Shown here piece by piece: positions 25,653 to 36,178 of a stretch of DNA of 37,305 bases. The DNA comes from Desulfobulbus sp. (GTDB taxonomy: Bacteria > Desulfobacterota > Desulfobulbia > Desulfobulbales > Desulfobulbaceae): contig JAUVLX010000001.1 in assembly GCA_030600525.1 (NCBI GenBank), positions 1-37,305 of the forward strand, given 5' to 3'. The translations under genes were made by a program, and so were the position numbers. Position 1 is the first letter of the stretch, and each line of letters begins with the position of its first letter. The notes beneath the pieces are model-generated. The model was not told where the DNA came from. It did not search any database and saw only the letters and a list, made by a program, of their open reading frames with translations.

Positions 25653-26834
25653 ATGATCTATCGACGATTCGGGAAAACTGAACTGGAAATGCCGGTCTTT
25701 TCTGCTGGCGGTATGCGATTTATGCAATCCTGGCAAGACGTGGCAAAAGAAGACATAGAACTGGTGCAACAACGTAAACTGCATGAAATAATTGCCATGG
25801 CTTTTGCTCTGGGGATCAACCTTGTCGAGACTGCAAGGGGATACGGATCTTCAGAACGGCAGCTTGGTCTTCTTTTGAAAGAGTATAAGAGAAAAGATAT
25901 TATTCTCCAGACCAAAGTTGCCCCTACTCCCGATCCTTTACTCTTTCGAGAACATGTACTTGACTCCCTGCGCAGGTTGCAGGTGGAAAGAGTAGATCTG
26001 TTAGCCTTGCACGGGATTAACTCATACAAACAACTTTGGCATGTTTGCAGGCCCGGCGGCTGTCTTCATGCTGCAAGAGTATTGCAGGAGCAGGGAAAGG
26101 TTGGTTGGGTAGGCTTTTCCGGGCACGGTTCAACCAATGTATTGCTGCAGGCTGTCAACCACCAGCAGGATGGTGGGTTTGATTATATAAATCTGCATTG
26201 GTACACTATTCTTCAGCGTCATGAAATGGTGCTAGAGGCTGCACTCGCAAGAGACATGGGGACGTTTATTATCAGCCCTACTGATAAAGGAGGGATGCTG
26301 CATACACCACCAACCTCGCTTACAGAGCTTTCCGCCCCTCTTACTCCATTACAATTTAATGATCTCTTCTGTTTGCAGCATAAGGCAATACATACGATCA
26401 GTATTGGAGCAGCAGCGCCTGATGATTTTACTGACCACGTTCTGGCTTTACAATATTTAGATGATTTTGGTCTCGTTAGAAAAATATATCAGCGGTGGCA
26501 AAACCGCATGTTGGCAGTGAGTGGGAATAGCCAGCCAGGCAACCATTGGGATGTGTTTCCATGTTTTGAGGAAACGCCTGGATGTATGAATATATCGATG
26601 ATCCTGTGGTTGTATAATCTCGCGACAGGGTGGGACCTGTTGACATATGCGCGGGGAAGATATGCCATGTTGGGTAAGGGAAGCGAATGGGTATCTGGTA
26701 ATAACGCAGCTTGTGCTATGAAATACGATGTGAAAGAATTTGCAAAAAAGATCGGAATGCCTGCTTCTGAATTTCTCCGAAAGATACAACAAGCTCACGA
26801 GTTGCTCTCAAGTAAACAGGAAGAGAATTTATAA
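25653..26834 (+). CDS. Aldo/keto reductase family protein
   Basis: 'YRRFGKTEL', 'ETARGYGSSE', 'ILQTK', 'SLRRLQVERVDLLALHG', 'VGFSGH'. Confidence 0.9.
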   Translation: MIYRRFGKTELEMPVFSAGGMRFMQSWQDVAKEDIELVQQRKLHEIIAMAFALGINLVETARGYGSSERQLGLLLKEYKRKDIILQTKVAPTPDPLLFREHVLDSLRRLQVERVDLLALHGINSYKQLWHVCRPGGCLHAARVLQEQGKVGWVGFSGHGSTNVLLQAVNHQQDGGFDYINLHWYTILQRHEMVLEAALARDMGTFIISPTDKGGMLHTPPTSLTELSAPLTPLQFNDLFCLQHKAIHTISIGAAAPDDFTDHVLALQYLDDFGLVRKIYQRWQNRMLAVSGNSQPGNHWDVFPCFEETPGCMNISMILWLYNLATGWDLLTYARGRYAMLGKGSEWVSGNNAACAMKYDVKEFAKKIGMPASEFLRKIQQAHELLSSKQEENL

Positions 26835-26873
26835 GCACACTGTCTTTTCGCATGCGAAAAGACAGTGTGCTTA
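26832..26873. repeat. Perfect 42-bp palindrome between convergent stop codons
   Basis: TAAGCACACTGTCTTTTCGCA|TGCGAAAAGACAGTGTGCTTA. Confidence 0.9.
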
Positions 26874-28601
26874 CTCTGTAAACAGATCTTCCTGACGGAG
26901 CAGTTGGCTAACTTTATCAAGCATTACATGGTAATTTTCTTTGTTGACCCTCAGGTTGAGAGTCAACTCTCCCTTTGCTGTTTCCGAATCAGCAGTAAGG
27001 TTGAAAACCTTCTTGCTTGTGCGCTCGCCAAAGTATTGGTTTCGGATTTTTGTAATTTTTTTGCTGAACTTTTTTTGCTCGGTAGCGGCTGATTGTGTTC
27101 CTTTCTGCTGCATGAGGCGGATAAAGGTGGCTGCTTTTTGTGGGGCCTCCATAGCCTTGGTCAGCATTTGCTGGACTTCCGTGTGGGCAATTGTTTTGCT
27201 TAAGCCTATTTTTTTCTCTTTTAATAAGGTCAGTATGTTTTGGAGTTGTGGCCGTGTTGGCGTTAGCGGCTTTATTATCTCCAGATAGAGGCTGTCACGG
27301 TCACCTGGGTCTTTGATTGGGGCGAGAATTTCAGCTGCAATGGAGAACTGCAGTTTTTCATTGATCACATCGTTGATAATTTCCGGTGATTCGCCACGCG
27401 TTCGAATTTGATTTACTTTACGGTATTTATGGATAGTGGTGTGGGACACTTTCGATCCTGGAACACCGATGCCCAATGTCGCTCCAAATTTTTCAGCAAG
27501 CATGGTGTTGTTTAGTTGCATGGTATCACTGGCAGTATCGAGGAAATTACCTATTTCAACCGGGTTGAGGTTTCTTCTTTTAGTGTTTTCAGCAAGTGAA
27601 ATATTAAAAAAATCTTCAGTGGTGAAATCCTGCTCCTGAAATATTTTGGCCTCTATCCACTCCCTGCCAATGCGCTTTACTGCTTGAAACCGCCTGAAGC
27701 CGCACAAAATTTTGTAATAGCCGTCTGTCTTACGCAGTAATACTAAAGGGTGGAGTAAACCGTTTTTTTCAATGGATCCTGCAAGCTCGTCTATGTAAGA
27801 CTCTCTGGTAAGTTCATCGTACTGTGCGTCATTATGGATACGGAAGATATATTGTAAGTCTTCCTCATTCTGTGTCTCTACACTTTTGAGTTGTATTTTC
27901 CTTACCAACGGCATCTTTTGCTGAAATTGTTGGAATGCCCTCCCCAGTTTTTTTGCAGTAAATTCTGCCATCCCTTGTTCACTTACAAGTTCCGGAGCAA
28001 GGGTCAGTAGCAGTGAGTTGACATTGGTATTGTAAAAACCTTCAAGATAGTTTTTTTGGCGATAGAGTTGGTTGAGATGGTCAGGAGAGTGGCCGCAATA
28101 GATTGATCCTGAGCTCGCCAAGTCTGTAGTAAGGCCCTGGTCCTCGATAACGACCCTGTATTTACTGATCTGCGAGGGAGAAATGGTCGGGTTATGAGGT
28201 TTTTCAGGGGCGCCCCGCTCACCTTGACCATAGCCGAAAAGAATTTGTTTCCCTTTCGGTAAAGGCGTACTGCCGACCTGGACGATAAGGACCAGTGGTG
28301 AGAGGTCATTTTCTACTATTTCATCAGTAAAGCGTTTAATGTGGACAAGGAAGGTATCTGTAATTTTTTTACGTGTTTTCACTGCCTGCATGTCTGTCAG
28401 GTCAATAAGTGTTTTTTTGTATTTGTTATTTATGATGGCATAGCATTCGAGCTGTTGAGCAAGCACAAGACCTAGTTCGGTGAGGTGATGTTTCTCTTCC
28501 TTGTTTTGAGGACTGGACAACCCATTAGGTATAAGGAGTAGGATATTATTATTGCCGAGAACGGTGTGGATCGATCTATGCTTTTGTTGGCTATTATTCA
28601 T
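26871..28601 (-). CDS. ParB/Srx N-terminal-domain protein with ~230-aa N-terminal extra domain
   Basis: 'IDELAGSIEKNGLLHPLVL', 'ILCGFRRFQA', 'ISLAENTKRRNLNPVE', followed by an HTH-like region. Confidence 0.85.
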   Translation of the reverse strand: MNNSQQKHRSIHTVLGNNNILLLIPNGLSSPQNKEEKHHLTELGLVLAQQLECYAIINNKYKKTLIDLTDMQAVKTRKKITDTFLVHIKRFTDEIVENDLSPLVLIVQVGSTPLPKGKQILFGYGQGERGAPEKPHNPTISPSQISKYRVVIEDQGLTTDLASSGSIYCGHSPDHLNQLYRQKNYLEGFYNTNVNSLLLTLAPELVSEQGMAEFTAKKLGRAFQQFQQKMPLVRKIQLKSVETQNEEDLQYIFRIHNDAQYDELTRESYIDELAGSIEKNGLLHPLVLLRKTDGYYKILCGFRRFQAVKRIGREWIEAKIFQEQDFTTEDFFNISLAENTKRRNLNPVEIGNFLDTASDTMQLNNTMLAEKFGATLGIGVPGSKVSHTTIHKYRKVNQIRTRGESPEIINDVINEKLQFSIAAEILAPIKDPGDRDSLYLEIIKPLTPTRPQLQNILTLLKEKKIGLSKTIAHTEVQQMLTKAMEAPQKAATFIRLMQQKGTQSAATEQKKFSKKITKIRNQYFGERTSKKVFNLTADSETAKGELTLNLRVNKENYHVMLDKVSQLLRQEDLFTE

Positions 28602-29973
28602 CTTTTTCGTTTACAGGAACCCGTAAAGTTAATGGAGCCAGCGCCTTGTGCGCCCCCTTGAGTGCCACGTTTGCGAGGTAAGACCCGTATGTGGAATTAT
28701 TGGTATGGCCAACTATTGCGTCAAGTACTTCACCTGAATTGAGTAACTCAGAGGCGGTGGCTGGCAAAAAGGCAGGTTTGCCGTTGTCATTGCTTCTATG
28801 TAAGAGATCTGCTTCAACTAGCTTTGTTGTTATTTCCTTAATTTCAACAGTTGGTGCGTCTGTGAGCTTCCCTGCTAGCGAGACAATGGTAGTCGGGCGT
28901 CGAGCATGGAAATCAGTGTAGACTCGGTGGAGAATGTCAAAAGCAATCTGTAGCTTTCGTTGGGGGGGGATGGGCTCTGTGAAGGGGGAATAGTTGTTGC
29001 GATGTTGTACCCCGTAAGCAAGGGCAGCCCCTGAAAGAACAAAATTCCATCCTAAATATACCCATATAAGAAAAAGAGGTACTGTGGCAAAAGAACCATA
29101 AATAGCATTATATTTAGCCACTCCGACCTGGAGGATGATATACACTTTTTGTGTCAGGAACCAGAAAATGGTGGCAAAAAGTGCACCGGTGAATGCGGCG
29201 GAAGTCGTGACCCTTGCCCTTGAAAAAAACAGGTAAACCAACATCAGGGTAATGATGATAAAAACAAAAGGAAAAAACTTAAACAAGGCGGCTATCATCC
29301 AGTCGAATGGGATAATAGTATGGATGTATCTCATTATTCGGTCGCTTGCCAGGATGGTCTCTCCGGCAAGAGCCATATTGATGGAAACAGGCAGCAGGAT
29401 AAGCAGTGCCAGGTAATCCATTACTTTGCGAAACAGAGGGCGTCCTTTGTCTTCCCTCCATATATCATTCATGGCATCTTCGATGGTGCTGAAAACCATT
29501 ATTACAACTATAAGAGTAGCACCAATCCCGAAGATACCCAGCGCCGCGAAATTGGTTTTATCAACGTAGTCAAATATGGTGTCGATTGCTTGATAAAGGT
29601 GTGCAGTCATCGTGTTTTGCACTGGTTCTGCAACCAGATCAAGGCTGGTGGACTCAGGTTGTGTATGTTGTGTTGTTGGGCGTGGCTCCACCTGTTCAAT
29701 AAAACGAACAGCCGCGACTTTCAGTTGATCTCCGCTTCCCAGCCCCTTGAGAACTGCGGTGCTCATAGCAAGTAAGGGCACCATTGACAAGATGACTGAG
29801 TAGGTTAGGGCAGATGCTCTGATGGAGATTTTTGCTCTGGTTGCTTCTCTGTAAACAATGATGAGGATTCGAGCATAACAGCGTATTCCTCTGCTTAAGG
29901 CACTGTTCTTACCTGTTTCTGTAAAAGCCCATTTAATGATTGGGGTTGACCAGTGTTGATGGTTACCTGTCAT
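28594..29973 (-). CDS. YihY / virulence factor BrkB family membrane protein with C-terminal winged helix
   Basis: 'RASALTYSVILSMVPLL', 'IEDAMNDIW', 'YNAIYGSFATVPLFLIWVYLGW..VL.GA'. Confidence 0.92.
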   Translation of the reverse strand: MTGNHQHWSTPIIKWAFTETGKNSALSRGIRCYARILIIVYREATRAKISIRASALTYSVILSMVPLLAMSTAVLKGLGSGDQLKVAAVRFIEQVEPRPTTQHTQPESTSLDLVAEPVQNTMTAHLYQAIDTIFDYVDKTNFAALGIFGIGATLIVVIMVFSTIEDAMNDIWREDKGRPLFRKVMDYLALLILLPVSINMALAGETILASDRIMRYIHTIIPFDWMIAALFKFFPFVFIIITLMLVYLFFSRARVTTSAAFTGALFATIFWFLTQKVYIILQVGVAKYNAIYGSFATVPLFLIWVYLGWNFVLSGAALAYGVQHRNNYSPFTEPIPPQRKLQIAFDILHRVYTDFHARRPTTIVSLAGKLTDAPTVEIKEITTKLVEADLLHRSNDNGKPAFLPATASELLNSGEVLDAIVGHTNNSTYGSYLANVALKGAHKALAPLTLRVPVNEKDE

Positions 29974-30021
29974 TGTTTTTCACTGAGTATTGTTTCGTTG
30001 GAAGGGTGCAGCCTGATTGGC

Positions 30022-32178
30022 TTATTGGCCCATTTCGCGGAAGAGCCATTTCTCTATGATTTCAAAGACGATTTCTCTTTTAATAGGTTTAGATATATAA
30101 TCGTTCATTCCTGCATTTAAACAAATTTCTCGATCACCTTTCATTGCATTTGCGGTCATTGCGACGATGGGAATGTTGTTAAATCCACGTTCACGGATAA
30201 TTTTGGTTGCCTCCAGTCCATCGGTTTCCGGCATTTGAACATCCATAAATATGAGATCAAAGTCATCTGGGGCAGCGGTAAAGGTGTCGATGGCTATTTT
30301 CCCATTTGCCGCTACTTGCACTTTGTATCCAGCCTTGGTGAGGATCAGGGTTGCCAGCCTCTGGTTCACCGGATTATCTTCAGCCAGAAGAATTCTTATC
30401 GATTGTTTGAGTTCCTCACGAACACTGTACTGGGTGATCAGTTTTTCTTTTGACGGTCCTCCGGCGATTTCATGCTGCCCTTCTCCCAGCAGCTTTTCTA
30501 TTGTTTTGAAAAGAATTTCACGACGGGTAGGTTTGGTAAGAAACGCATTAAACCCTGCCTCGTTGCATCTCTGGGCATTGCGATCATTTGATGAGGTATA
30601 GGCAAGTAGCGGTGTCCTTTTGGTCGTTGGTATTTCGTTGCGGATCACATGCGCCAATGCATATCCATCGGGTGCAGGCATCTGGATGTCAAGAATGATC
30701 AGATCAAAGATTTTGTTTTGAGCTATAGATTTTTCAATGGCCGTGCGAACCTGACTACTGTCGTGGGTAGCGACAACCTCAAGGCCAGCAGTGTCAAGGA
30801 TATGTTTGAGAATATTGAGGTTTGTCAGGTTGTCATCAACAACCAGTACCTTTTTACCTGCAAGGGAAACTTTGTTGAAATTTTTGATGCACTGCTGTTG
30901 AGATTTTTTGAGTTTGGTGGTGAAATGAAATGTACTCCCTTCACCTGTCTGACTCTCTGCCCACACATGTCCCCCCATAAGCGAGGCAATCTTACGGCAA
31001 ATGGAAAGGCCCAATCCTGTGCCGCCGTATTCACGTGTGGTTGAACCGTCAGCCTGGCGAAAGGCCTCGAATATCGCTTCAACTTTGTTTTCCGGTAATC
31101 CTATACCTGTGTCTCGCACTCGCGCATGGATTTCAATATGGTCATCTGTTTCTTGGTCGACCATTATTGCCAACTCTATTTCTCCCTGCTTGGTAAATTT
31201 TACAGCATTGCCCATGAGGTTGACAAGAACCTGGCGAAATCGTCCTGGATCCCCCATCACATTGGCGGGTAGGTTGTTGTCGATTCGGCAAAGCACTTCA
31301 ATGGGAAGGTTATCCACTTTGGGCCTGATCAAATCGCAGACATCCTGGGCTGTTATTTCAGGGTCAAAGTCAATGCATTCCAGGTCGAGTTTGCCAGCTT
31401 CTACTTTTGAAAAATCAAGGATGTTGTTGATCAGGGAGAGCAGTGCGTCAGCGCTGCGGTTTATGGTTTGTGCAAATTCTGTTTGTGCTTCATTGAGAGG
31501 GGAGTCTAACAGCATGTCAGTAAAACCAATGATACCATTCATTGGCGTCCGAATTTCATGGCTCATTGCAGCTAGAAATTCACTCTTGGCTATATTTGCT
31601 GATTCGGCAGCTTTTTTTGCACTGCGCAGCTCTGCAGTTTGTTGTTTGATTTCTGCTTGCAGGGTCTTCGAATAGTTGTATTGTTGTTCTTGTATCTTTC
31701 TGTAGTTTTGTTCGTTTTCGGCCATTATGTCTTGGAATTTTTTTTCAAGCACCCCGGACTTGCGATCGAATTGTTTTTTTTGGATTCGCAGGCGATTGAT
31801 AGTGTCTTCGGTTTCTTTATGGGCAAGGAAAAGTCGGAGGCTTAAGCGGATGACCGTAGTCAGCCAGTGGGGAGGGAGTGTATCCTGGATCGTCGCAGGG
31901 GTTGCAAGGATGACGCATTGCAGATCAGGAACAGCATGTACGGCAAAGTGACGCTTTTTATGTTGAATAGTTACTTCCGAAGATTTATCGAGACTGTCGA
32001 TTATGAGTTGCTGGGCTTCATCTGAGGCAATGGGAAATTTTTGTGACGCCTTATGGTTACCGTCATGGTCAGCGCAGAAAAAAAGTAACTGCTCTGTTTC
32101 CTGTTTAAGATGGTTACACAAGGTGGAGAGTGTTTGGGAGGGATCGACAAGATCAGCAAATAAATTATTGAGAGCCAT
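30022..32178 (-). CDS. Cytoplasmic hybrid sensor histidine kinase with two receiver domains
   Basis: '[15 protein letters not shown]', '[10 protein letters not shown]', 'DTGIG', 'GGTGLGL'; REC domains 'LVVDDN..LDIQMP' and 'LLAEDN..MDVQMP'. Confidence 0.95.
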   Translation of the reverse strand: MALNNLFADLVDPSQTLSTLCNHLKQETEQLLFFCADHDGNHKASQKFPIASDEAQQLIIDSLDKSSEVTIQHKKRHFAVHAVPDLQCVILATPATIQDTLPPHWLTTVIRLSLRLFLAHKETEDTINRLRIQKKQFDRKSGVLEKKFQDIMAENEQNYRKIQEQQYNYSKTLQAEIKQQTAELRSAKKAAESANIAKSEFLAAMSHEIRTPMNGIIGFTDMLLDSPLNEAQTEFAQTINRSADALLSLINNILDFSKVEAGKLDLECIDFDPEITAQDVCDLIRPKVDNLPIEVLCRIDNNLPANVMGDPGRFRQVLVNLMGNAVKFTKQGEIELAIMVDQETDDHIEIHARVRDTGIGLPENKVEAIFEAFRQADGSTTREYGGTGLGLSICRKIASLMGGHVWAESQTGEGSTFHFTTKLKKSQQQCIKNFNKVSLAGKKVLVVDDNLTNLNILKHILDTAGLEVVATHDSSQVRTAIEKSIAQNKIFDLIILDIQMPAPDGYALAHVIRNEIPTTKRTPLLAYTSSNDRNAQRCNEAGFNAFLTKPTRREILFKTIEKLLGEGQHEIAGGPSKEKLITQYSVREELKQSIRILLAEDNPVNQRLATLILTKAGYKVQVAANGKIAIDTFTAAPDDFDLIFMDVQMPETDGLEATKIIRERGFNNIPIVAMTANAMKGDREICLNAGMNDYISKPIKREIVFEIIEKWLFREMGQ

Positions 32179-32182
32179 GAAC

Positions 32183-33025
32183 TTATTTCCCGTACATACT
32201 GGTTATGTTTTCAAGTTCCTCTGGCAGGTCTTCGGCAAGTACTTGGTATTCAGCTATATTTTTGTGTACGTGGGCTGAAAGCCCAGGGGAAAGCTGGGGG
32301 TATTGGTCATCTTTGAGGGAAAAGCCAAGCTGGTTCACTATATATTCAGCAATCTGTAAAATCGCAGTGGGAGAGTTGGCTGTTGGTTCGCTGTTTTCCA
32401 GGTGATGATCCCTGATAGCCTCGGCCAAAGGTGCGGCGATTTGCCATTCCAGTGCAAGCAGGTAACCGATTTGACAATGATCTGTTCCTAGCTCCTGATG
32501 TTCGAGTTCAACGATGTCCGGGTTCTTCGGCCCCAGTTGATCGATTATCTTGAACAACGAATCCCGTGCTGTTTCGAATTCAACAATCAACCCGATATCA
32601 TGCAAGATCCCCGTTAGATAAGCGTCATCACCGTTTATAGACAAGATTCGCTCTGCAATCATTTTGCAACATAGGCCTACAGCAGCACTGTGAGACCATA
32701 AGCGCTTTGGTTCAAAGCCCGGAGTTTCTATATCTGTGTCGATCATTCCTTGGATCGCGTCGGTCACCGCAATATTATGCAGATTTTTCATACCCAGCAG
32801 TGCAACGGCTCTGGAAATAGAGTCAACATTGCGTGACATCCCGAAGAAGGAACTGTTAACTAGGGTCAGAAGTCTGGCAACAAGGGCGGGGTCCAGTCGA
32901 ATGACCGCTTCAAAGTCTTGAAGGGTTGAGTCTTCATCATTTATGAGTTGAGCCAGCCTGGTTACAATATGCGGCAGTGTCTTTGTTTTCTTAAATTGTT
33001 GAATGAAGTTTTCAGCCGCATCCAT
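32183..33025 (-). CDS. HDOD domain protein
   Basis: '[18 protein letters not shown]', '[10 protein letters not shown]', 'LWSHS', 'GILHDIG', 'HCQIG..LA..W', 'AIRDHH'. Confidence 0.93.
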   Translation of the reverse strand: MDAAENFIQQFKKTKTLPHIVTRLAQLINDEDSTLQDFEAVIRLDPALVARLLTLVNSSFFGMSRNVDSISRAVALLGMKNLHNIAVTDAIQGMIDTDIETPGFEPKRLWSHSAAVGLCCKMIAERILSINGDDAYLTGILHDIGLIVEFETARDSLFKIIDQLGPKNPDIVELEHQELGTDHCQIGYLLALEWQIAAPLAEAIRDHHLENSEPTANSPTAILQIAEYIVNQLGFSLKDDQYPQLSPGLSAHVHKNIAEYQVLAEDLPEELENITSMYGK

Positions 33026-33197
33026 GGTACATCTCCTTGTGCTGGAATTTTATCTAATTGTTAGTGGGTTGTAGGGGCTCAGGGTGCTCCCTGCTGCTGT
33101 TGGACAATGCTCATAAAAGTGACAACTGTAGCTGAATGTGGCGTCAACCACAGTTTGTCTTGTGCTCATTTGTTGGGAAGGCTTGGACACATACTAA

Positions 33198-33376
33198 GGA
33201 GTTGTCTGGAAATAACTTGAACGTCTCGCATCGCATCTTCAGGACATCTTTGGCTGATCTTCAATCACAAAGTCCTCAACGTAGCACAACTACGCCTGCG
33301 GCTTTGTTCAATTAGATCACCCAAAGCTAACCTAAATATGAGCGCGATATTGTCCAACTTATTTACGGACAGCTCC
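33198..33376. mobile_element. MITE-like element, copy B (179 bp, uninterrupted)
   Basis: Near-identical to 3214-3494 without the insert; GGAG...CTCC ends flanked by TAA...TAA. Confidence 0.85.
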
Positions 33377-33397
33377 TAAGGGTATGTCACACCTTAA

Positions 33398-33553
33398 GGG
33401 TAACTTGAAAAGTTAGATTTTTCGATCAATGTCAGGTAAGCCGCGACTCCGAGGCATTGGGGATTTTTTTTCACAGGCAGGTTGCTGAGATCCCAAGGAT
33501 AAAAATTCCTGTTACGTCGAGATTGGAAAGAAAAACGATTTTTCAAGGTGGTC
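33398..33553. repeat. Second, different MITE-like element at the moaE stop
   Basis: TTAA on both flanks. Degenerate terminal IRs GGGTAACTTGAAAAGT / revcomp GACCACCTTGAAAAAT. Internal GGGATTT...AGATCCC stem. Confidence 0.45.
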
Positions 33554-33916
33554 TTAAGCCTTGAATTCTTTTTTTGTTATAGCCTCTGCCTTGATGCGAT
33601 CAAGCAATTCAGCAAGGACAGGTTTGATATTTTCCCTTAAATCACCGGCAACGATAATGAACAGGAGGTCATCGCCAGGTAGAAAATTACCTGAGTGGGC
33701 CTCGATAACAATTTCGTAAATACCTTCTTTAGCCAGGTATTCATGACGAAGTTTGTCGATTTTATCATGGTCGACGACCGTCTCCAGTGCATTTACCTGT
33801 TGTTTGTCCGCTCTGGACCAGTTTCGTACGGTCCCGTTATGAATGAGAATCATTCCAACGTTATCGTTGAAATCTGGCCTTTTTTTCAGAGATTGAATCG
33901 TTTTTGTGATATCCAT
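33554..33916 (-). CDS. moaE: Molybdopterin synthase catalytic subunit MoaE family
   Basis: 'VGMILIHNGTVR', 'PGDDLLFIIVAGDLR', 'LDRIK...KKE'. Confidence 0.85.
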   Translation of the reverse strand: MDITKTIQSLKKRPDFNDNVGMILIHNGTVRNWSRADKQQVNALETVVDHDKIDKLRHEYLAKEGIYEIVIEAHSGNFLPGDDLLFIIVAGDLRENIKPVLAELLDRIKAEAITKKEFKA

Positions 33917-33927
33917 GGATTTTAATT

Positions 33928-35316
33928 TTAGCTAGGTCTCTTTTTAGAGATTTTTTTTAAGATGACAATATTTCCCTTTGAGGAGGGAAGTGCCAGTTTT
34001 TGACCGATTTTTATGATTGAATTACTGTTGATATTATTGAGCAGTTTGAGTCGTTTTGTGGTGGTTCTGTATTTTCTGGCAATAGTACTTATTGTATCTC
34101 CTTTTTGCACTGTGTAAAGAGTATCAGGGCGTTGTCTCGCTGCGTACATGGACTTTTTCCATTGGCTGATTCTTAGTCGGACCTGCTTCGTAGCTGGTAA
34201 ACGGAGTAGATATCCTTTTGGAATGAGTTTGGTGCCATCGAGCAGAGGTTTTTTGAGTGCAGGGTTTAAACGAGCAAAGTCCTGTTTGGAAACGCGGAAG
34301 AAAGACCGCAGTTTTTGACAGGAAGCATAGCCCTGCAAACGGAGCGTTTTAGTCGCTTCTTGTCTGTCTGTTAATATTTTGGGATCATGGCCCAACTTCT
34401 GAGCGACCTTGGCTGCTGCCAGGAATTCGGAGTAAAAGTTTCTAGAGGCAAATTTAAAGTGCCCTTTTCGGTAGTTGGAGAAAATAGAAGCATAGTTTTT
34501 TTGCTCCTTAACAGCTCGCAGCATACCTGAACGGCCATAGTTGTAAGCCGTTAACGCGAGGGGCCAAGTCTGCAATTGGCTGTAGTTTTCTTTGAGGAGT
34601 TTTGCTGCTGCATGGGTTGCGAGGAATGGATCAAGTCGTTCATCGATCAGCCGATTAATGCTCATGTAATCTCTTCCGGTCGCGCGGGTAAACTGCCAGA
34701 GCCCTGCCGCTCCTGCCTTGCTTTTTGCCAGCGGGTTAAAAGACGATTCAACATGAGGTAAGTAAGCTAACTCGGTGGGTAAACCGTACTGGCGAAAAAT
34801 AGCCCTGATTCGGCCAATGTATTTTCCTGAACGAATAACGCCCTGCTTGAACCTGTCTTTTTGGCCAATTTGGAGGCGGATATTTTCCCGCGCTTTCAGG
34901 TAACGTGTATGCCGTTTTTTTGGGAACAGAGCTGCTATACGTTTCTCTTCTGCTGTGTTAGGTTTTTTTCCATGGCCCAATTCTGAAAGGATATTTTTGA
35001 CACGTTGTCTGGCAAGTTTTACTAACTTTTGGTTGATTTTCCTAGATTCAGGCGCATCCCAGTTTACAAGATCAATAACCGTATAAACGATTCGCAGGTT
35101 ATTGCGATCATGCAAAATACCTTTTCGCGAGCTATAAGTGCCGTAGATGTCTTTCCAGAAAGCAACATTGGGCTGTATTACCTGGTAAATAGGAAATTTA
35201 TTTTTAGCTGCCCCTGGGGAGGCAGATATGAACAGTGACACTATGCATATGGCGAAAAAACTTATGCAGTATCTGGTGAACGTAACCCGATTATTAAAAC
35301 TAAGAGCATTGAGCAT
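33928..35316 (-). CDS. Lytic transglycosylase (SLT) with LysM domains, MltD-like
   Basis: 'LPHVESSFNP.A.S.AGAAGLWQF', 'LALTAYNYG', LysM 'YTVQKGDTISTIARKY'. Confidence 0.93.
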   Translation of the reverse strand: MLNALSFNNRVTFTRYCISFFAICIVSLFISASPGAAKNKFPIYQVIQPNVAFWKDIYGTYSSRKGILHDRNNLRIVYTVIDLVNWDAPESRKINQKLVKLARQRVKNILSELGHGKKPNTAEEKRIAALFPKKRHTRYLKARENIRLQIGQKDRFKQGVIRSGKYIGRIRAIFRQYGLPTELAYLPHVESSFNPLAKSKAGAAGLWQFTRATGRDYMSINRLIDERLDPFLATHAAAKLLKENYSQLQTWPLALTAYNYGRSGMLRAVKEQKNYASIFSNYRKGHFKFASRNFYSEFLAAAKVAQKLGHDPKILTDRQEATKTLRLQGYASCQKLRSFFRVSKQDFARLNPALKKPLLDGTKLIPKGYLLRLPATKQVRLRISQWKKSMYAARQRPDTLYTVQKGDTISTIARKYRTTTKRLKLLNNINSNSIIKIGQKLALPSSKGNIVILKKISKKRPS

Positions 35317-35473
35317 ATAGATAGAGGTAACTCGTAGAATCTTATGATTTTACACGTATGGCTCTTGTGCCATACCGCTTTGAGACCGCAGCAAAATATC
35401 TTTTGTCTTTCATTATACAGCGAAACAACCATCTTCAAAATTAATAACTACAAAAAATAAGAGTTACCCTGTT

Positions 35474-35959
35474 ATGTACAAACCGATTATTGGAACTTTA
35501 GGATATATTCTTTCTCCTGACAGAACGGAAACGTTGTTGGTCCATCGAAACGCTCGTCAAGATGATCAGCACCTGGGTAAATATAATGGTCTAGGTGGTA
35601 AGATGGAGAGCAATGAGGACGTCGTAAGCTGTATGCAACGGGAAATATTAGAAGAATCCGGGTTGCAGTGCGAAGAAATGACCCTGCGTGGGACTGTGAA
35701 TTGGACAGGCTTCGGTCCTAATGGCGAAGATTGGTTAGGGTTTATTTTTTTAATTACCCGTTTTACTGGTGAGCTGAAGAAAACCAACAATGAGGGCGAG
35801 CTGAATTGGCATTTGGTAAAAAAAATGCAAGAATTGCCCATGTGGGAAGGAGATCGTTTTTTTCTCCCTCTGGTTTTTGACGATGACCCCCGTGCTTTTC
35901 ACGGTTATATGCCCTATGATAACGGTTGTCCCCTTTCGTGGCACTTTAGTCGTTGTTAA
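35474..35959 (+). CDS. Nudix hydrolase, MutT/MTH1-like 8-oxo-dGTP diphosphatase
   Basis: Nudix box 'GGKMESNEDVVSCMQREILEESG' and 'LPMWEGD'. Confidence 0.9.
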   Translation: MYKPIIGTLGYILSPDRTETLLVHRNARQDDQHLGKYNGLGGKMESNEDVVSCMQREILEESGLQCEEMTLRGTVNWTGFGPNGEDWLGFIFLITRFTGELKKTNNEGELNWHLVKKMQELPMWEGDRFFLPLVFDDDPRAFHGYMPYDNGCPLSWHFSRC

Positions 35960-36077
35960 CTCAAAAGCAACGGTTTGCTCCAGGTGGTGTATGATTGTTT
36001 GCCTTTTTATTTCTGTGAAATATTTGTTGGGATGGGGAAAGCGACTAAAGCATAGAAATAAATCAGGGCTAAAAAAC

Positions 36078-36106
36078 TTGCGCTTGGAGTTTGTCATCTG
36101 TATAGT
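36078..36106 (+). promoter_or_regulatory. Putative sigma70 promoter for zapBA
   Basis: TTGCGC-17 bp-TATAGT. Confidence 0.5.
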
Positions 36107-36178
36107 TGGTCACAGTTACACAACAGCTTATTAAAGAACGGTTTTTTTTATAGTTTTTTCGAAAAGTTAAATCGAGGA

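Noticed and set aside
26832-26873. Canonical parS site
   Set aside because: The core does not match TGTTTCACGTGAAACA; kept only as an unexplained palindrome.
31001-31675. 224-aa ORF on + strand, and the many other antisense ORFs
   Set aside because: Shadow ORFs opposite well-supported genes.
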